64,000 nucleotides of DNA from Fibrobacter sp. UBA4297 (GCF_002394865.1 NZ_DGUZ01000012.1:94021-158020), one strand, 5' to 3'; numbered from the stretch's first letter, positions 19,597 to 29,732 are shown. Translations and numbers: made by a program. The notes: generated by a model from the letters alone, not told the origin.

Positions 19597-19664
19597 TTTT
19601 TTCAAACGCATTATAAAATGCAAGTTGGCAGAACTTAGTTAGCAGAGCTTAGAGAGACGAGCAA

Positions 19665-19699
19665 TGTTCTAAGTTCTAAGTTCTAAGTTCTAACTACTA
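19665..19699 (-). repeat. Heptad stop array beginning with the CDS stop
   Basis: The minus strand reads TAGTAGT TAGAACT TAGAACT TAGAACT TAGAACA. Confidence 0.8.
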
Positions 19700-21058
19700 C
19701 TCGTACTGCGGAGCTTCGAAAGAGGTCGGGATCTTAGGCGTATCCGGATCATGATGGACGAACGAGAAACCGCTAATCTTGTTGGTATTGCGATCAGTCG
19801 GTCCTGCCTGGAGCTGTCCATGGATGCTCGTTGTGCACTTATCCGGATGCAAGCACCCCTTATTGCGCATCATCAAGTGGTAGCCATAGATTTCCCAGAC
19901 GCCTTCTTTGGATTCAACATTTTTTGTACCATCGAAACCTGAGATTTCATAAGTACCATCGGCCTTGAGTGTAAATTTCCAATCGATATTATCTTTTTTA
20001 GCCTGCCATTCACCGACAAAATCGCTAGCCTTTTCGTATTCATATTCGCTAGCTTCAACATCGCAGCTCATCGTCGTTTTCGTTTCGCCATTAGAAGACG
20101 AGATTTTGTTGTCAGTTCCGACAGAATAGGTGTACATTGAATAAACTGGCTTGTTATAGTATGCCGGGCGCATCAAGAGCGTGCTACGCTGGATGTCATA
20201 ATGACCGCCAATCCAGTAGGCAACCTTTCCGTCAGCCGCATTTTCGACGATATACGAATTATCGAAGAACGTAAATGTTCTCGTCGTATCACCATCGGTG
20301 CATTCGAAAATTTTGTTCTGAATGTCGGCAGCCTTGGAAACTTTGCCCTTCGTCACGGCGACGCTAGTCTTCACCGCTTCGCTATATTCCTTCGAGCCAT
20401 TGACCGCATACTTGACGACGTTATCCTTGTCGACGATGAACGAAAGCGTGAAACCGTCCTTGGCCTTGAGCTGTTCCAGAATCTTTTTAACACCATCCGT
20501 TTCTGCATACTGCTTGCCGACATTGCCATCGACGAATTTCACTTCGCCATTTGCAAAATCCGTATAAGTCACAAGCCACATTTCATCTAGAATGCGGAGA
20601 GCGATAAGGCCCTGCTTACTGCCGGTCGACAGGTAAACTGTCTGGTCAAAAATCTTGAGTTCATAGTTCTTTTCGAGGTCTGCAAGCTTTGCAGCGCGAG
20701 CGCCTTTCGGCGCGTCCGCAGAAGACGAAGAATTCGGAGTTTCAGCACTTGAAGAAGACTTCGCCTCATCCTTAGCGGAAGAAGAGGAGTTCGATTCAGA
20801 CTTGGAATCGGAAGACTTATTATCCTTGGAGTCCGAAGACTTCTTGTCGTCATCTTTTGAATCCGACGACTTCTTATCTTCTGTTTTGGAAGATGAAGAC
20901 TTCACTTCGCATTCATCGGAATCGCAATCATCTTCTTCGGAAGAAGATGATACTTCTTCTTGGTTATTCTTTGGAGAAGAAGGGCTATCGTCATCTCCGC
21001 AAGCAGCGAAGAGGAAAGCCGAGGAAACTAAAAGAGCAAGTAACTTTTTCTTATTCAT
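19697..21058 (-). CDS. Secreted lipoprotein with a Ser/Asp/Lys-rich linker, function unknown
   Basis: Lipobox LLVSSAFLFAAC and a low-complexity SSDSKDD repeat linker. Confidence 0.6.
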   Translation of the reverse strand: MNKKKLLALLVSSAFLFAACGDDDSPSSPKNNQEEVSSSSEEDDCDSDECEVKSSSSKTEDKKSSDSKDDDKKSSDSKDNKSSDSKSESNSSSSAKDEAKSSSSAETPNSSSSADAPKGARAAKLADLEKNYELKIFDQTVYLSTGSKQGLIALRILDEMWLVTYTDFANGEVKFVDGNVGKQYAETDGVKKILEQLKAKDGFTLSFIVDKDNVVKYAVNGSKEYSEAVKTSVAVTKGKVSKAADIQNKIFECTDGDTTRTFTFFDNSYIVENAADGKVAYWIGGHYDIQRSTLLMRPAYYNKPVYSMYTYSVGTDNKISSSNGETKTTMSCDVEASEYEYEKASDFVGEWQAKKDNIDWKFTLKADGTYEISGFDGTKNVESKEGVWEIYGYHLMMRNKGCLHPDKCTTSIHGQLQAGPTDRNTNKISGFSFVHHDPDTPKIPTSFEAPQYE

Positions 21059-21240
21059 GTTATGCAATATAAATTATTTAGTCCAATTTAGACCAAGAAA
21101 AGTTTACAAATCACACAAAAAAGCTGTAAAACAGCCTTGTCCATTCCAAGAATGTATTATATGGATGTTTTTAAGTAGGCAGAACTTAGAGAGAAGAGCA
21201 ATGTTCTAAGTGAGATTATCGCTTCGCTCTAATCTCAACT

Positions 21241-21298
21241 GCTAGGCTCAGAAATAGGCTTGCAAGCAATCCTGCTTCACTCGCCTTACGCAGTTGTC
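21241..21298 (-). repeat. 58-nt conserved 3'-UTR-type element (copy 1)
   Basis: 55 of 58 nt are identical to 35903-35960. It contains the palindrome GCTTGCAAGC. Confidence 0.8.
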
Positions 21299-21312
21299 TA
21301 AGTTCTAAAATC

Positions 21313-22179
21313 CTAGAACGGGCAGCCCGGATAGTAGTCTAGGTCGCGTTCGGCATCCTCGATGGAAGGCGCGGCATCGTACAGAAAACCCGCCAAAGCC
21401 TGCTCGGCAGACACGCGCTCGCCACCAATCCAATTTTTCAGAACCGCAATGCGTTTCGAGATCCACCACGGCAGCGGGACCATCAGGTGGTGCATCCCGG
21501 CGTCAGTCAGCACATGCTTAGCCATTTCCGCCATCGTCATTACGGTTGAACCCGCAAGGGCATAAGTCTTCCCCACGGCACTCGTCATAAGCCCTGCCAC
21601 GGCAATTCCCTTGACCAAATCCACACTGCGGACCGGGCGTTTTAAGCACTTGCCGCCACCCGGCATAAAATAGACAGGGAATCGTTTCACGTAATCGCGG
21701 AACATGTTGAACTCGACACCGCCCCCATCGCCAATCACAAGCGTCGGGCGCACAATCGTCCAGTCAAGTCCGGAGGCTCGCACCAAAGCCTCCCCCTTCT
21801 TTTTGCTTTCGCCATACGGCGTGAGTACCGGGTACGTTACCGAAATGCTAGAAACATAAAGGAAGCGCCGCACACCCGCAAGTTTGCAGGCTTCAACAAC
21901 ATTGCGCGTCCCCCACGTATTCACATGCTCGAACGCCCCGCGTTTTGTAGATAAAAGAATTGCCGCCAAGTGATAGACGACATCGACGTTTTCGAACGCC
22001 CCTCGGATAGAATCAAAATCGGTCACATCGCCGTAACGGACGTCCACCTCGCTCGGTAAGGACTTCGCCAAAGAATCGCCCGGAAGCGTCAAGACGCGGA
22101 CACACACTCCCCGTGCTATTAGTTCCCGGCACAACGCCTTCCCTACGACGCCGGCGCCACCCGTTAAAAGAGCAATCAT
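21313..22179 (-). CDS. NAD-dependent epimerase/dehydratase family (SDR) protein
   Basis: Rossmann motif LLTGGAGVVGKAL. The start lies 2 nt after the dnaA stop. Confidence 0.65.
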   Translation of the reverse strand: MIALLTGGAGVVGKALCRELIARGVCVRVLTLPGDSLAKSLPSEVDVRYGDVTDFDSIRGAFENVDVVYHLAAILLSTKRGAFEHVNTWGTRNVVEACKLAGVRRFLYVSSISVTYPVLTPYGESKKKGEALVRASGLDWTIVRPTLVIGDGGGVEFNMFRDYVKRFPVYFMPGGGKCLKRPVRSVDLVKGIAVAGLMTSAVGKTYALAGSTVMTMAEMAKHVLTDAGMHHLMVPLPWWISKRIAVLKNWIGGERVSAEQALAGFLYDAAPSIEDAERDLDYYPGCPF

Positions 22180-22180
22180 G

Positions 22181-23644
22181 CTAGGCTTCCAGCATATAAC
22201 GGATATCTTGAACGCGCCTTGCGAGGGACGCATCCGTTTCCATCTGCTTTTTCAGGGAATTAATGGCGGCGATTACAGTGGCATAGTCCCTGCAGAACAT
22301 CGCACCGATATTCTGGAGAGAATCGGTCGTGAGTTCGCGGCAAAGGAACATCGCCACCTTGCGGGGCATAGAAATCGCGGCAGCCTGGCGCTTGGACGAG
22401 AGTTCACAGACCTCGACACGGTAATCCATAGCGACCGCTTCAATAATGTTCTTGGCGGTGAGTTCCACATGACCGCCATGTTCCGACGGAGCCACAAGGC
22501 GCTTCACGCCATTCAAGTTCAAATCGGCCTTGCAGAACATGTTCATCGCACCCAGGAAGTTCAAGAGACCTTCAATCAGGCGCACGTTCTTGCGCGGCTG
22601 CATCGAAAGGTAGCGGCAAATTTCTTCGCGGTCGGCCTTCGCAAACGGCAAATCTTCGGACTTCTTGCTAATCAAGTTCATGCGGGTCGCAAGATCCGGT
22701 TCGTCAATGCCCACAGCCACACAGGAGGCAAGCGGAGCAAGAAGCTTCTTGGAAATGCTCGGGATTGAAGACCTCGAAGAACCGCGGGATTCGTTATCCG
22801 TATCGACAACCTTAAACAGGTTCGGGTGGCGGTCGCAAGAAATCACGACCTGCTTGCCTTCGGCGCGCAAATGCTTAATCAGAATCGCAAGGCGGTCCTG
22901 CGTCCAGAGGCCCTTTTCCAAGAGCTGCACATCGTCGAGCAAAAGCACATCGCAAAGTTCATAGCGTTCACGGAACTTTTCTGCAAGCTCACGCACATTG
23001 CCCGTCTTGTTGTGGAGTGCAGACGCCATAGCCGTTGCATCACGCAAAAAGTCATAAGCGTGGCAATAGACAATGGATGCCTCAGGGCGGCTCTTCTGGA
23101 TTTTAGCAGCAATGGACTGCAACAAGTGCGTCTTGCCAAGGCCGCTCTCGCCATAGACAAAAAGCGGATTCAAAGCCGGGTCACCCGGATTTTCGGCCAC
23201 CGCCTGGCACGCACGGAAAGCCGTAGAATTGCACTCCCCTTCAACAAAGTTTTCAAAAGTATAGCGGGCATAAAGAGCCAAAGGCTGCTTCGGGCGCTTA
23301 ACCTCGACTTTCTTTTTCTCGGGACGCGGAATAACAGGCATCGTGAGCTTGATTTCGGGAATCGGGTCCGTCGGTGCAATCTGACGGATGCGATAATCAA
23401 CAAATTCACTACCAAATACAGCCGTAAAGGACTTGCGCAATAAATCGCCATAATGGGAATTCACCCAGTTCTCGCGAAGCTCATCAGGAACAGTGAGCAA
23501 GGCATAGCCATTGCACATTCCCTCATAACCAAGAGCGTCGAGAATTACGGCACCAAAAAAGTCCTTACATTCCGAACGCACGCGGTCGAGCACCTGTTGC
23601 CAGGGCGACTCTGCAATATCCAACAAAGAAACAGTATTTTCCAC
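22181..23644 (-). CDS. dnaA: Chromosomal replication initiator DnaA (GTG start)
   Basis: Walker A GESGLGKTHLL, a C-terminal DNA-binding block (RKVAMFLCRELT) and 487 aa. Confidence 0.9.
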   Translation of the reverse strand: MENTVSLLDIAESPWQQVLDRVRSECKDFFGAVILDALGYEGMCNGYALLTVPDELRENWVNSHYGDLLRKSFTAVFGSEFVDYRIRQIAPTDPIPEIKLTMPVIPRPEKKKVEVKRPKQPLALYARYTFENFVEGECNSTAFRACQAVAENPGDPALNPLFVYGESGLGKTHLLQSIAAKIQKSRPEASIVYCHAYDFLRDATAMASALHNKTGNVRELAEKFRERYELCDVLLLDDVQLLEKGLWTQDRLAILIKHLRAEGKQVVISCDRHPNLFKVVDTDNESRGSSRSSIPSISKKLLAPLASCVAVGIDEPDLATRMNLISKKSEDLPFAKADREEICRYLSMQPRKNVRLIEGLLNFLGAMNMFCKADLNLNGVKRLVAPSEHGGHVELTAKNIIEAVAMDYRVEVCELSSKRQAAAISMPRKVAMFLCRELTTDSLQNIGAMFCRDYATVIAAINSLKKQMETDASLARRVQDIRYMLEA

Positions 23645-24089
23645 GATCTAAAAAACCAATCCAAAGTATAAAAGAGCAAGCAAAAAATAAGAAAGGAAAT
23701 CCGAACCACAAGCACCCCAACTTTTTTTTTTTCGAAATCCCTATTTTTCGCTCAAAAATGGCAAAAAATTTTTAGAAACATTTTTTATCACACTTTTTCC
23801 AGTTTACACCACCCTTACGAACGTATGTGTAACAAAATTATCACTTACTATTAGCACAAGTTATCAACAGGTATTTTTTCAAACATCCCTTGACAAGATT
23901 TTCCTTACTTTAAGCATACAAATTCTTATACAAATGGCGAAATTCGCTCAAAAACGCCACTTTTTAGCATTATAAAAAATGTAACTTGGTGAAAATCAAC
24001 AAGTTACATGCGGTGATTAGTTATTGATTTTTGGTTATTAGTCAATAGTCATTAGTCAGTAGTTTTTTTTGCTAATGACCTATTTAATT
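23645..24089. other. AT-rich dnaA upstream region; candidate dnaA control region or oriC
   Basis: 445 nt that is AT-rich by eye, with a T11 tract. DnaA-box-like 9-mers are TTATCACAC (23785), TTATCACTT (23838) and TTATCAACA (23861). There is no perfect TTATCCACA. Confidence 0.3.
24018..24066 (+). repeat. Longest heptad stop array (7 units)
   Basis: Reads TAGTTAT TGATTTT TGGTTAT TAGTCAA TAGTCAT TAGTCAG TAGTTTT. Confidence 0.8.
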
Positions 24090-24569
24090 CTAGACGTTTT
24101 GCGACTCGTTGCTTGGAGTAGACTGAGGCTCAGCCTTATTCTCACCAAGCTTTTCTTGCTGATGGTCAATCCTATTTTCAAGCAACTTTTCGATTTCAGG
24201 GAGCAGACGATCCTTCACACGATCAAGATACAAGCATTGCAGCTGGATCATGCGGTTGCGATGGCGACCGGCAAATTCCTGAATCCAGTGGCTCACGGCC
24301 TGCTGGCGGTCCTGGATTTTGTCATGCAAAGAACGCTGGATGAAAGTTCTCTGAACTTCCATATAGCGCTGCATATTGAACGGCATGCGGTAGGTTCGAA
24401 TAAACTGCTTCAACAACACCAACAAGCAAAGATGATCATTGCATTGATGATCTTGAATGAACTGCCGTAACTCTTCCAGATGTTTCTGGAAGAACGGCAC
24501 AATCGCTTTATCATCTATCTGATAAAGTTCAAGTTCATCCTGTTCTTTTGTCGCTTTATCGACTGCCAT
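24090..24569 (-). CDS. Hypothetical Gln/His-rich protein
   Basis: 159-aa ORF with an exact TAGATTTG box 4 nt upstream of the ATG. Confidence 0.5.
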   Translation of the reverse strand: MAVDKATKEQDELELYQIDDKAIVPFFQKHLEELRQFIQDHQCNDHLCLLVLLKQFIRTYRMPFNMQRYMEVQRTFIQRSLHDKIQDRQQAVSHWIQEFAGRHRNRMIQLQCLYLDRVKDRLLPEIEKLLENRIDHQQEKLGENKAEPQSTPSNESQNV

Positions 24570-24573
24570 GTTC

Positions 24574-24581
24574 CAAATCTA
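24574..24581 (-). promoter_or_regulatory. -7-type box TAGATTTG, 4 nt from the ATG
   Basis: Exact TAnnTTTG. Confidence 0.45.
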
Positions 24582-24596
24582 TTTTTTTATGGTATA

Positions 24597-25886
24597 TTAT
24601 GAATTTGCACGTTTCACAAGAAAGCCAAATTTGGAGTTTTTTCCGCTATTTAAAGTATTTTTTCCCAGAAAAACGCGTCCTTCAGTTCCCGGATTCAAAC
24701 GATCCGCAGCTGCACCGCGGAAATCCAGCATTTCCTCGACTTCGCACTTCTGCATGCCATCGGGAGTCATGAGTTCCAACGTATCATCCATAGAGAAAGG
24801 ATTTTTCACGTTCACAAGGCAGGCGCCCGTTGCCTCATCAAAGTCCTTAATCTGGGCCGCCACACAACCACCAGCGGCATCCACATGCGTCGCTTCGTAG
24901 TTCTGCGGCAACGGTCCACGCAAGAATCCAGGCATAAAGCCTCGCCCATCGACAAAGGTTATCGCACGGCGGCTTTCTTCGGGCACAGGCATCCCTTCTG
25001 CTACGGCATCAATCGCCATGCGGTAAGCGCGCACGACCTGGCTCAAGTAGTACACAGAGCGTGTACGACCTTCAATCTTGAAGGAATCAAGACCGCCCGC
25101 CACGAGTTCAGGAATCACGTCCAAGGCACAAAGGTCACGACTACTCATAAAGTAGGTGCCCCACGTATCTTCGTCGAGCGCAATCGGGTCAAGTTCCGGG
25201 CGATCGGTGCGCTGAAGCGCAAAAGAGCCTTCATGTTCACGATAGTCCTCGACCTGCGGACCGGAATTTGCATATAAGCGATAAGGCATACGGCAACTGT
25301 TATCGCAGGCGCCCTGGTTTGCATCGCGGTGCGTCACCCAGTTCGAAAGCATGCAACGGCCAGACATGGCCATGCAAACAGCGCCATGGACGAACACTTC
25401 CAGTTCAAGGTCCGGGACCTGTTTCTTTATCTCCAAAATTTCGGATAGGCGAAGTTCACGGCTCAAAATGATACGGCGAACGCCCAAGTTCTTCCAGAAC
25501 GAGGCTGCAAGATAGTTTGTCGTATTCGCCTGCACAGACAAGTGAACTTCCGTTTCGGGATGTTCCTTCAAGAGCCAGCCCACAAAGCCCGGATCTGCGA
25601 CAATCAAGGCATCCGGCTTGAGTTCCAATGCGGCATTCAAAGCTCTCTGGAACGATTCCACCTTCACATTACGCGGAATCACGTTACTCGTGAGGTAGAA
25701 CATCTTGCCATGTTCGTGTGCGTAAGCAATGCCTTCAGCAAGGTCATCGAGATTCTTGAAACCGTTTTCGCGAGCGCGCAACGAGAACGCCGGCTGTCCG
25801 GCATAAACCGCATCTGCACCATAGGCAAATGCATACTTCATTCGTACAAGGTCACCCGCAGGTGCTAAAAGTTCAGGCTTATTCAT
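24597..25886 (-). CDS. Peptidase U32 family protein
   Basis: N-terminus KPELLAPAGDL, a U32-type Cys-rich core and 429 aa. Confidence 0.7.
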   Translation of the reverse strand: MNKPELLAPAGDLVRMKYAFAYGADAVYAGQPAFSLRARENGFKNLDDLAEGIAYAHEHGKMFYLTSNVIPRNVKVESFQRALNAALELKPDALIVADPGFVGWLLKEHPETEVHLSVQANTTNYLAASFWKNLGVRRIILSRELRLSEILEIKKQVPDLELEVFVHGAVCMAMSGRCMLSNWVTHRDANQGACDNSCRMPYRLYANSGPQVEDYREHEGSFALQRTDRPELDPIALDEDTWGTYFMSSRDLCALDVIPELVAGGLDSFKIEGRTRSVYYLSQVVRAYRMAIDAVAEGMPVPEESRRAITFVDGRGFMPGFLRGPLPQNYEATHVDAAGGCVAAQIKDFDEATGACLVNVKNPFSMDDTLELMTPDGMQKCEVEEMLDFRGAAADRLNPGTEGRVFLGKNTLNSGKNSKFGFLVKRANS

Positions 25887-25891
25887 ACACT

Positions 25892-27532
25892 CTACCATTT
25901 AAATCCTGCGCGAATGTAGGCTTTACGGTCATCAATCAATGTCAGCTCTCCCATGAACGAGAATCGCTGTCCCTCGTAGCTAATCGCCGGCGAAAGCAAA
26001 TACTGGAGCTTCGCGCCTTTCAAGAAGCTCTTGTGAATCTTCATGTGGTTCGATGTCGGCGTCGTATCGTTCACAGCGCTACCGTGATCCGTCCCTTTCC
26101 AGAACCACGTCTGGCGAATCGATGCAAAAATATGCCCATCCAGACGAGCAAACACATTCCAGTCAATCGTACGGCTATTGGGGCCGCCCTGATTGCCTAA
26201 TGGAAATCCCAGGTGCGCCACCTGAGCTGTATTTTGCTTAAAGTGTGAATAAACAAAAGGTTCAACACGGGCATATTCAAAAATCATACCCGCCTCAATC
26301 TTGTGTCCCTTGTAGTAAAAGTCGTGTCCAGCCTGGAAACCCGCCATCCACGCCCACTTCGCTTCGATATTGTCGTTTCGGATGAGGCTAATCGGGGATT
26401 CCATGTCGTCCAGGAAGAATTCCGTATAAAAGCGCACCGCATTGAACAAACGATAGTTAAAGTCAAAAGAAATCGAGCCGTTGTTGCTGCTTTCGGAGTA
26501 GTTGCCCTTTTCCATAAACAAGGGTGCAGTCGGAACAAACAACCAAGGCTTCATATTGTCATAGAGAATCGTAAGTTCACTAATACCAAAAGTGGCGTTC
26601 CCGACGGCAAGCTCATAGCGATGGCCAAAGAGATTTCGTGTAAAATCCTTATTCTTATCGCTCATGCTATTGAATATGCGCAAGTCAGCATAAAAACTCA
26701 TTACACGAAGCGGGCCAATCATCAAGTCTAGGCTCATCATGTTGTACGGAAGCGCGAACTGGTTCAAGGACAAGTTATTGTAGTAACCCGGGCCCCAGTG
26801 CATCACATCACGGCCAAAGTCCAAACGCAGCCAGTCGTAGTTAAAAGCGAAATGCGTACGGTAGCGCGCATAGCTCGAGTACTCGACACCGGAATTATTC
26901 TCGCTCTTCTGGTTTTCCAAGAACTCGCCGTCAAAAGACTTCGGATACTTGGCGGAATGCCCTTCGCTATAGATTCGAGCGTCCAACACAAAGTCCACGG
27001 AATCGACAAAGCCACGCAAGTAAAGGCCGCCATCAATCCCCGGCCAAATCGTATCGCCGATGGACGACTTTTTAACACGATAATCACGTCCCGACCAAAC
27101 CTGATCGCCAAGCGATTCTCCACCGCGATAGTCGATGCCACCGACAACACTTGCGGCAATTCCAAAACGCGGAACAGCATTTTCAAGCGCGACAGATTTC
27201 GCGACACAAGCCGAATCGCCGGCTTTGCAATTGAGCTTGAGCCCGTTCCCTAAAATTGCGGCTCCACGCTCGCTATCGTAATAAAGGAGCGCATCGCCTT
27301 CGGTTTTCGTAAAGTTCTTGCGGAAACTCGTATCCCTACGCGGGTATGTGAAATACTGGAGGTCCTCCCCTATAGTCTGGCGATGGTATTCAAACAGCAT
27401 CGGAGCCGTTTCGAGATTGCGTAAGTTGCGGGAATGTTCAGGTTCAATGACCGGAGAGGCAGAAAAAGACTCGCTTACAGCCGCCATGACAAACACGCAA
27501 GAGAGAATAATTGAGTAATTCTTAAAAACCAT
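25892..27532 (-). CDS. Outer-membrane beta-barrel protein (family not recognised)
   Basis: Signal peptide, alternating aromatic beta-strand pattern and a C-terminal ...GFKW. Confidence 0.5.
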   Translation of the reverse strand: MVFKNYSIILSCVFVMAAVSESFSASPVIEPEHSRNLRNLETAPMLFEYHRQTIGEDLQYFTYPRRDTSFRKNFTKTEGDALLYYDSERGAAILGNGLKLNCKAGDSACVAKSVALENAVPRFGIAASVVGGIDYRGGESLGDQVWSGRDYRVKKSSIGDTIWPGIDGGLYLRGFVDSVDFVLDARIYSEGHSAKYPKSFDGEFLENQKSENNSGVEYSSYARYRTHFAFNYDWLRLDFGRDVMHWGPGYYNNLSLNQFALPYNMMSLDLMIGPLRVMSFYADLRIFNSMSDKNKDFTRNLFGHRYELAVGNATFGISELTILYDNMKPWLFVPTAPLFMEKGNYSESSNNGSISFDFNYRLFNAVRFYTEFFLDDMESPISLIRNDNIEAKWAWMAGFQAGHDFYYKGHKIEAGMIFEYARVEPFVYSHFKQNTAQVAHLGFPLGNQGGPNSRTIDWNVFARLDGHIFASIRQTWFWKGTDHGSAVNDTTPTSNHMKIHKSFLKGAKLQYLLSPAISYEGQRFSFMGELTLIDDRKAYIRAGFKW

Positions 27533-27536
27533 TGCC

Positions 27537-27544
27537 CAAATTTA
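27537..27544 (-). promoter_or_regulatory. -7-type box TAAATTTG, 4 nt from the ATG
   Basis: Exact TAnnTTTG. Confidence 0.45.
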
Positions 27545-27682
27545 GCATAATCGTTCAGCGGATTCTCCGAAAAACGAAAAAATGAGCCTAATCGTTCCAT
27601 ACGGAACTTTTCGTTCCACAAAAAAAATATTCCTTGCAAGGATAAAAGCATTATAGGCATTTGGAGAAAGTTTAAAGAAATA

Positions 27683-27690
27683 TAAGTTTG
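27683..27690 (+). promoter_or_regulatory. -7-type box TAAGTTTG
   Basis: Exact TAnnTTTG 26 nt before ATG 27717, with a GGGAG SD in between. Confidence 0.45.
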
Positions 27691-27716
27691 AAACTAGTTG
27701 AATGGGAGATATCATT

Positions 27717-29732
27717 ATGAACAAGAAAATCTTAGCACTGGGCTATACATCCTGCATTTCACTAGCAATACTTACAAGTTGCTCGGATTCTACGTCACCT
27801 TCTGGCGCTTTTTACAATCCAGACAGTGAAATCAATTCCAGCAATTCTGAATTCGCAGAAGAAATACAGTCAAGCAATTCCGAACTCACGCAAACCCCGG
27901 ATATTCCTGAAGGCGCGGGCATTTCAGAATCACCAACAAGCAGCACAACAGCTTCACAGCCGACTCCGGCCTCAAGCAATTCCGACACAAGCTCTGCCCC
28001 AAGTTCCGCAAGCAATCCGGCAAATAGCGTCGAAACCAGCTCGTCAAGCAGCGCCATTGCAACAAATCCAGGCACAGAACCCGCACAAGCCAACGAAAAT
28101 ACGGGAGGTCGCCCCGTCATCACTTACGCAGCAAGTGGCGCCACAGCCACAAATGCCGGAAACTGCATCACCGTTACAGGTGGTAGCGTCACCATCAAAT
28201 GCGGTGGCGAATACGACTTTAGCGGTTCTTACAGCGGTAGCGACGCCCAAATTCTCGTGAACACCGCCAAGACGGACAGTTCCGTTTACTTGAACATGAA
28301 AGGACTCACGCTTACAAACACGGCAGACGCCCCAATTTACATTCAGAAAACAAGCAAGGCTTTTGTCGTCGCGAAGAACGGCACGACCAACACATTCACA
28401 GACGCATCTACAAGAACAAAGACTTACAACTACACCAACGACTCCGGTGAAGCCAAGACTGATACGACGGGCGCATGCATTTACGCGAAGGACGACCTCA
28501 CCATCAAAGGCGAAGGTACGCTTATCGTCAAGGCAAATTACAACAACGGTATCCATACCAGCAATGACTTGAAGGTGAAAAACGGCCTCATCACCGTGAA
28601 CGCAAAGAACAATGGTCTCAAGGGCAAAGGCTCCGTCGAAATCAGCGGCGGCACCATCAACATCACCACAGCCGAAGGCGACGGCATCAAGAGCGATACC
28701 GAGGACGCTGCAGATTTGGCAAACGGCAAGGGTTCCATCGAAATCACGGGCGGCACCATCACCGTGACATCCGCATTTGACGGCATCACAGCAGCAAACG
28801 CAGTCATCGTCGCCAATGGAGAATCCACAGCACCGGCAATCAAGATTACATCTGGCGGCGGACAATCCTGCCTCAGCTTGAACACCAGCACGACCGGCGG
28901 ACGCGGCGGAATGGGCGGTTTTGGCGGGATGGGCGGCAGTTCCTGCTCCACCACCGAAAGCATGAAGGGCATCAAGGGCGATTCAAGCATCACTATTAGC
29001 GGTGGCGTTATCGACATCAACAGCCGTGACGACGGTCTCCACAGTAGCGGAACTATCACACTCAGTGGTGGAACAACGACAATCGCCACAGACGACGACG
29101 GCGTCCACGCCGACAAATCTCTCTACGTCAAGGACAATGCGAACGTGAGCGTGACCATCGCTTATGAAGGCATGGAATCTCCGGACATGAATTTCGAAGG
29201 CGGCATCACAAGCGTCATCACCACGGACGACGGCTGGAATGCAGCCGGCGGCACAAGCACGACCTCCACAGGCAACACAGGTCGCGGCGGCTGGGGCGGA
29301 GCAGGCGGAGGCATGGGCGGTAGCACCGGGAATCTCAAGGTCTCTGGCGGTTACCACTACGTTTACGTGGGCACAGGCGACACGGACGGCATCGACAGCA
29401 ATGGCGGCATCAGCATCACCGGAGGCGTCATCATCGTGGAATGCCGCATGAACGGTGGTATGGGCGGCATGGTCGATTCGGACGGAACGACATCGATTAC
29501 AGGCGGCAAGTTGCTCGGATTCGGCACAAACAACTCCGAAGAAGGCACGCAGTACAGTGTCAGTTTCACGACAGACAACTACTACGGCACAGCGGATATC
29601 GCATTCAAGCCGAGTTTCTCCGGAAGCCGCATGGTTTCTAACGTAGGAAAGCCGAGTGTCGTGAATAGCATAAGCGGCATGACCAAGACTTGCTTCGGGA
29701 ACAGCACCGACCGCTGCGTTTATACAAATTAG
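27717..29732 (+). CDS. Surface lipoprotein, beta-helix carbohydrate-binding (Cthe_2159-like) family
   Basis: Lipobox ILTSC, a Ser/Pro linker, repeated ITGGTITV...DGI(K/H) units and Gly-rich inserts (GGRGGMGGFGGMGG). Confidence 0.5.
   Translation: MNKKILALGYTSCISLAILTSCSDSTSPSGAFYNPDSEINSSNSEFAEEIQSSNSELTQTPDIPEGAGISESPTSSTTASQPTPASSNSDTSSAPSSASNPANSVETSSSSSAIATNPGTEPAQANENTGGRPVITYAASGATATNAGNCITVTGGSVTIKCGGEYDFSGSYSGSDAQILVNTAKTDSSVYLNMKGLTLTNTADAPIYIQKTSKAFVVAKNGTTNTFTDASTRTKTYNYTNDSGEAKTDTTGACIYAKDDLTIKGEGTLIVKANYNNGIHTSNDLKVKNGLITVNAKNNGLKGKGSVEISGGTINITTAEGDGIKSDTEDAADLANGKGSIEITGGTITVTSAFDGITAANAVIVANGESTAPAIKITSGGGQSCLSLNTSTTGGRGGMGGFGGMGGSSCSTTESMKGIKGDSSITISGGVIDINSRDDGLHSSGTITLSGGTTTIATDDDGVHADKSLYVKDNANVSVTIAYEGMESPDMNFEGGITSVITTDDGWNAAGGTSTTSTGNTGRGGWGGAGGGMGGSTGNLKVSGGYHYVYVGTGDTDGIDSNGGISITGGVIIVECRMNGGMGGMVDSDGTTSITGGKLLGFGTNNSEEGTQYSVSFTTDNYYGTADIAFKPSFSGSRMVSNVGKPSVVNSISGMTKTCFGNSTDRCVYTN

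Noticed and set aside
19636-19699. CRISPR array or microsatellite interpretation of the TTCTAAG/TAGAACT tandem
   Set aside because: The units are 7 nt with no spacers and no cas genes in the window. It is treated as part of the heptad stop-array phenomenon. No CRISPR array was seen anywhere in the window.
23785-23869. Confident oriC call from DnaA boxes
   Set aside because: Only degenerate TTATC(A)ACA-like 9-mers are present, and gene orientation does not diverge here. It is kept as a low-confidence candidate.
28044-29116. 273-aa and 192-aa minus-strand ORFs inside the beta-helix lipoprotein gene
   Set aside because: They are antisense to a gene with a lipobox and coherent repeat structure.
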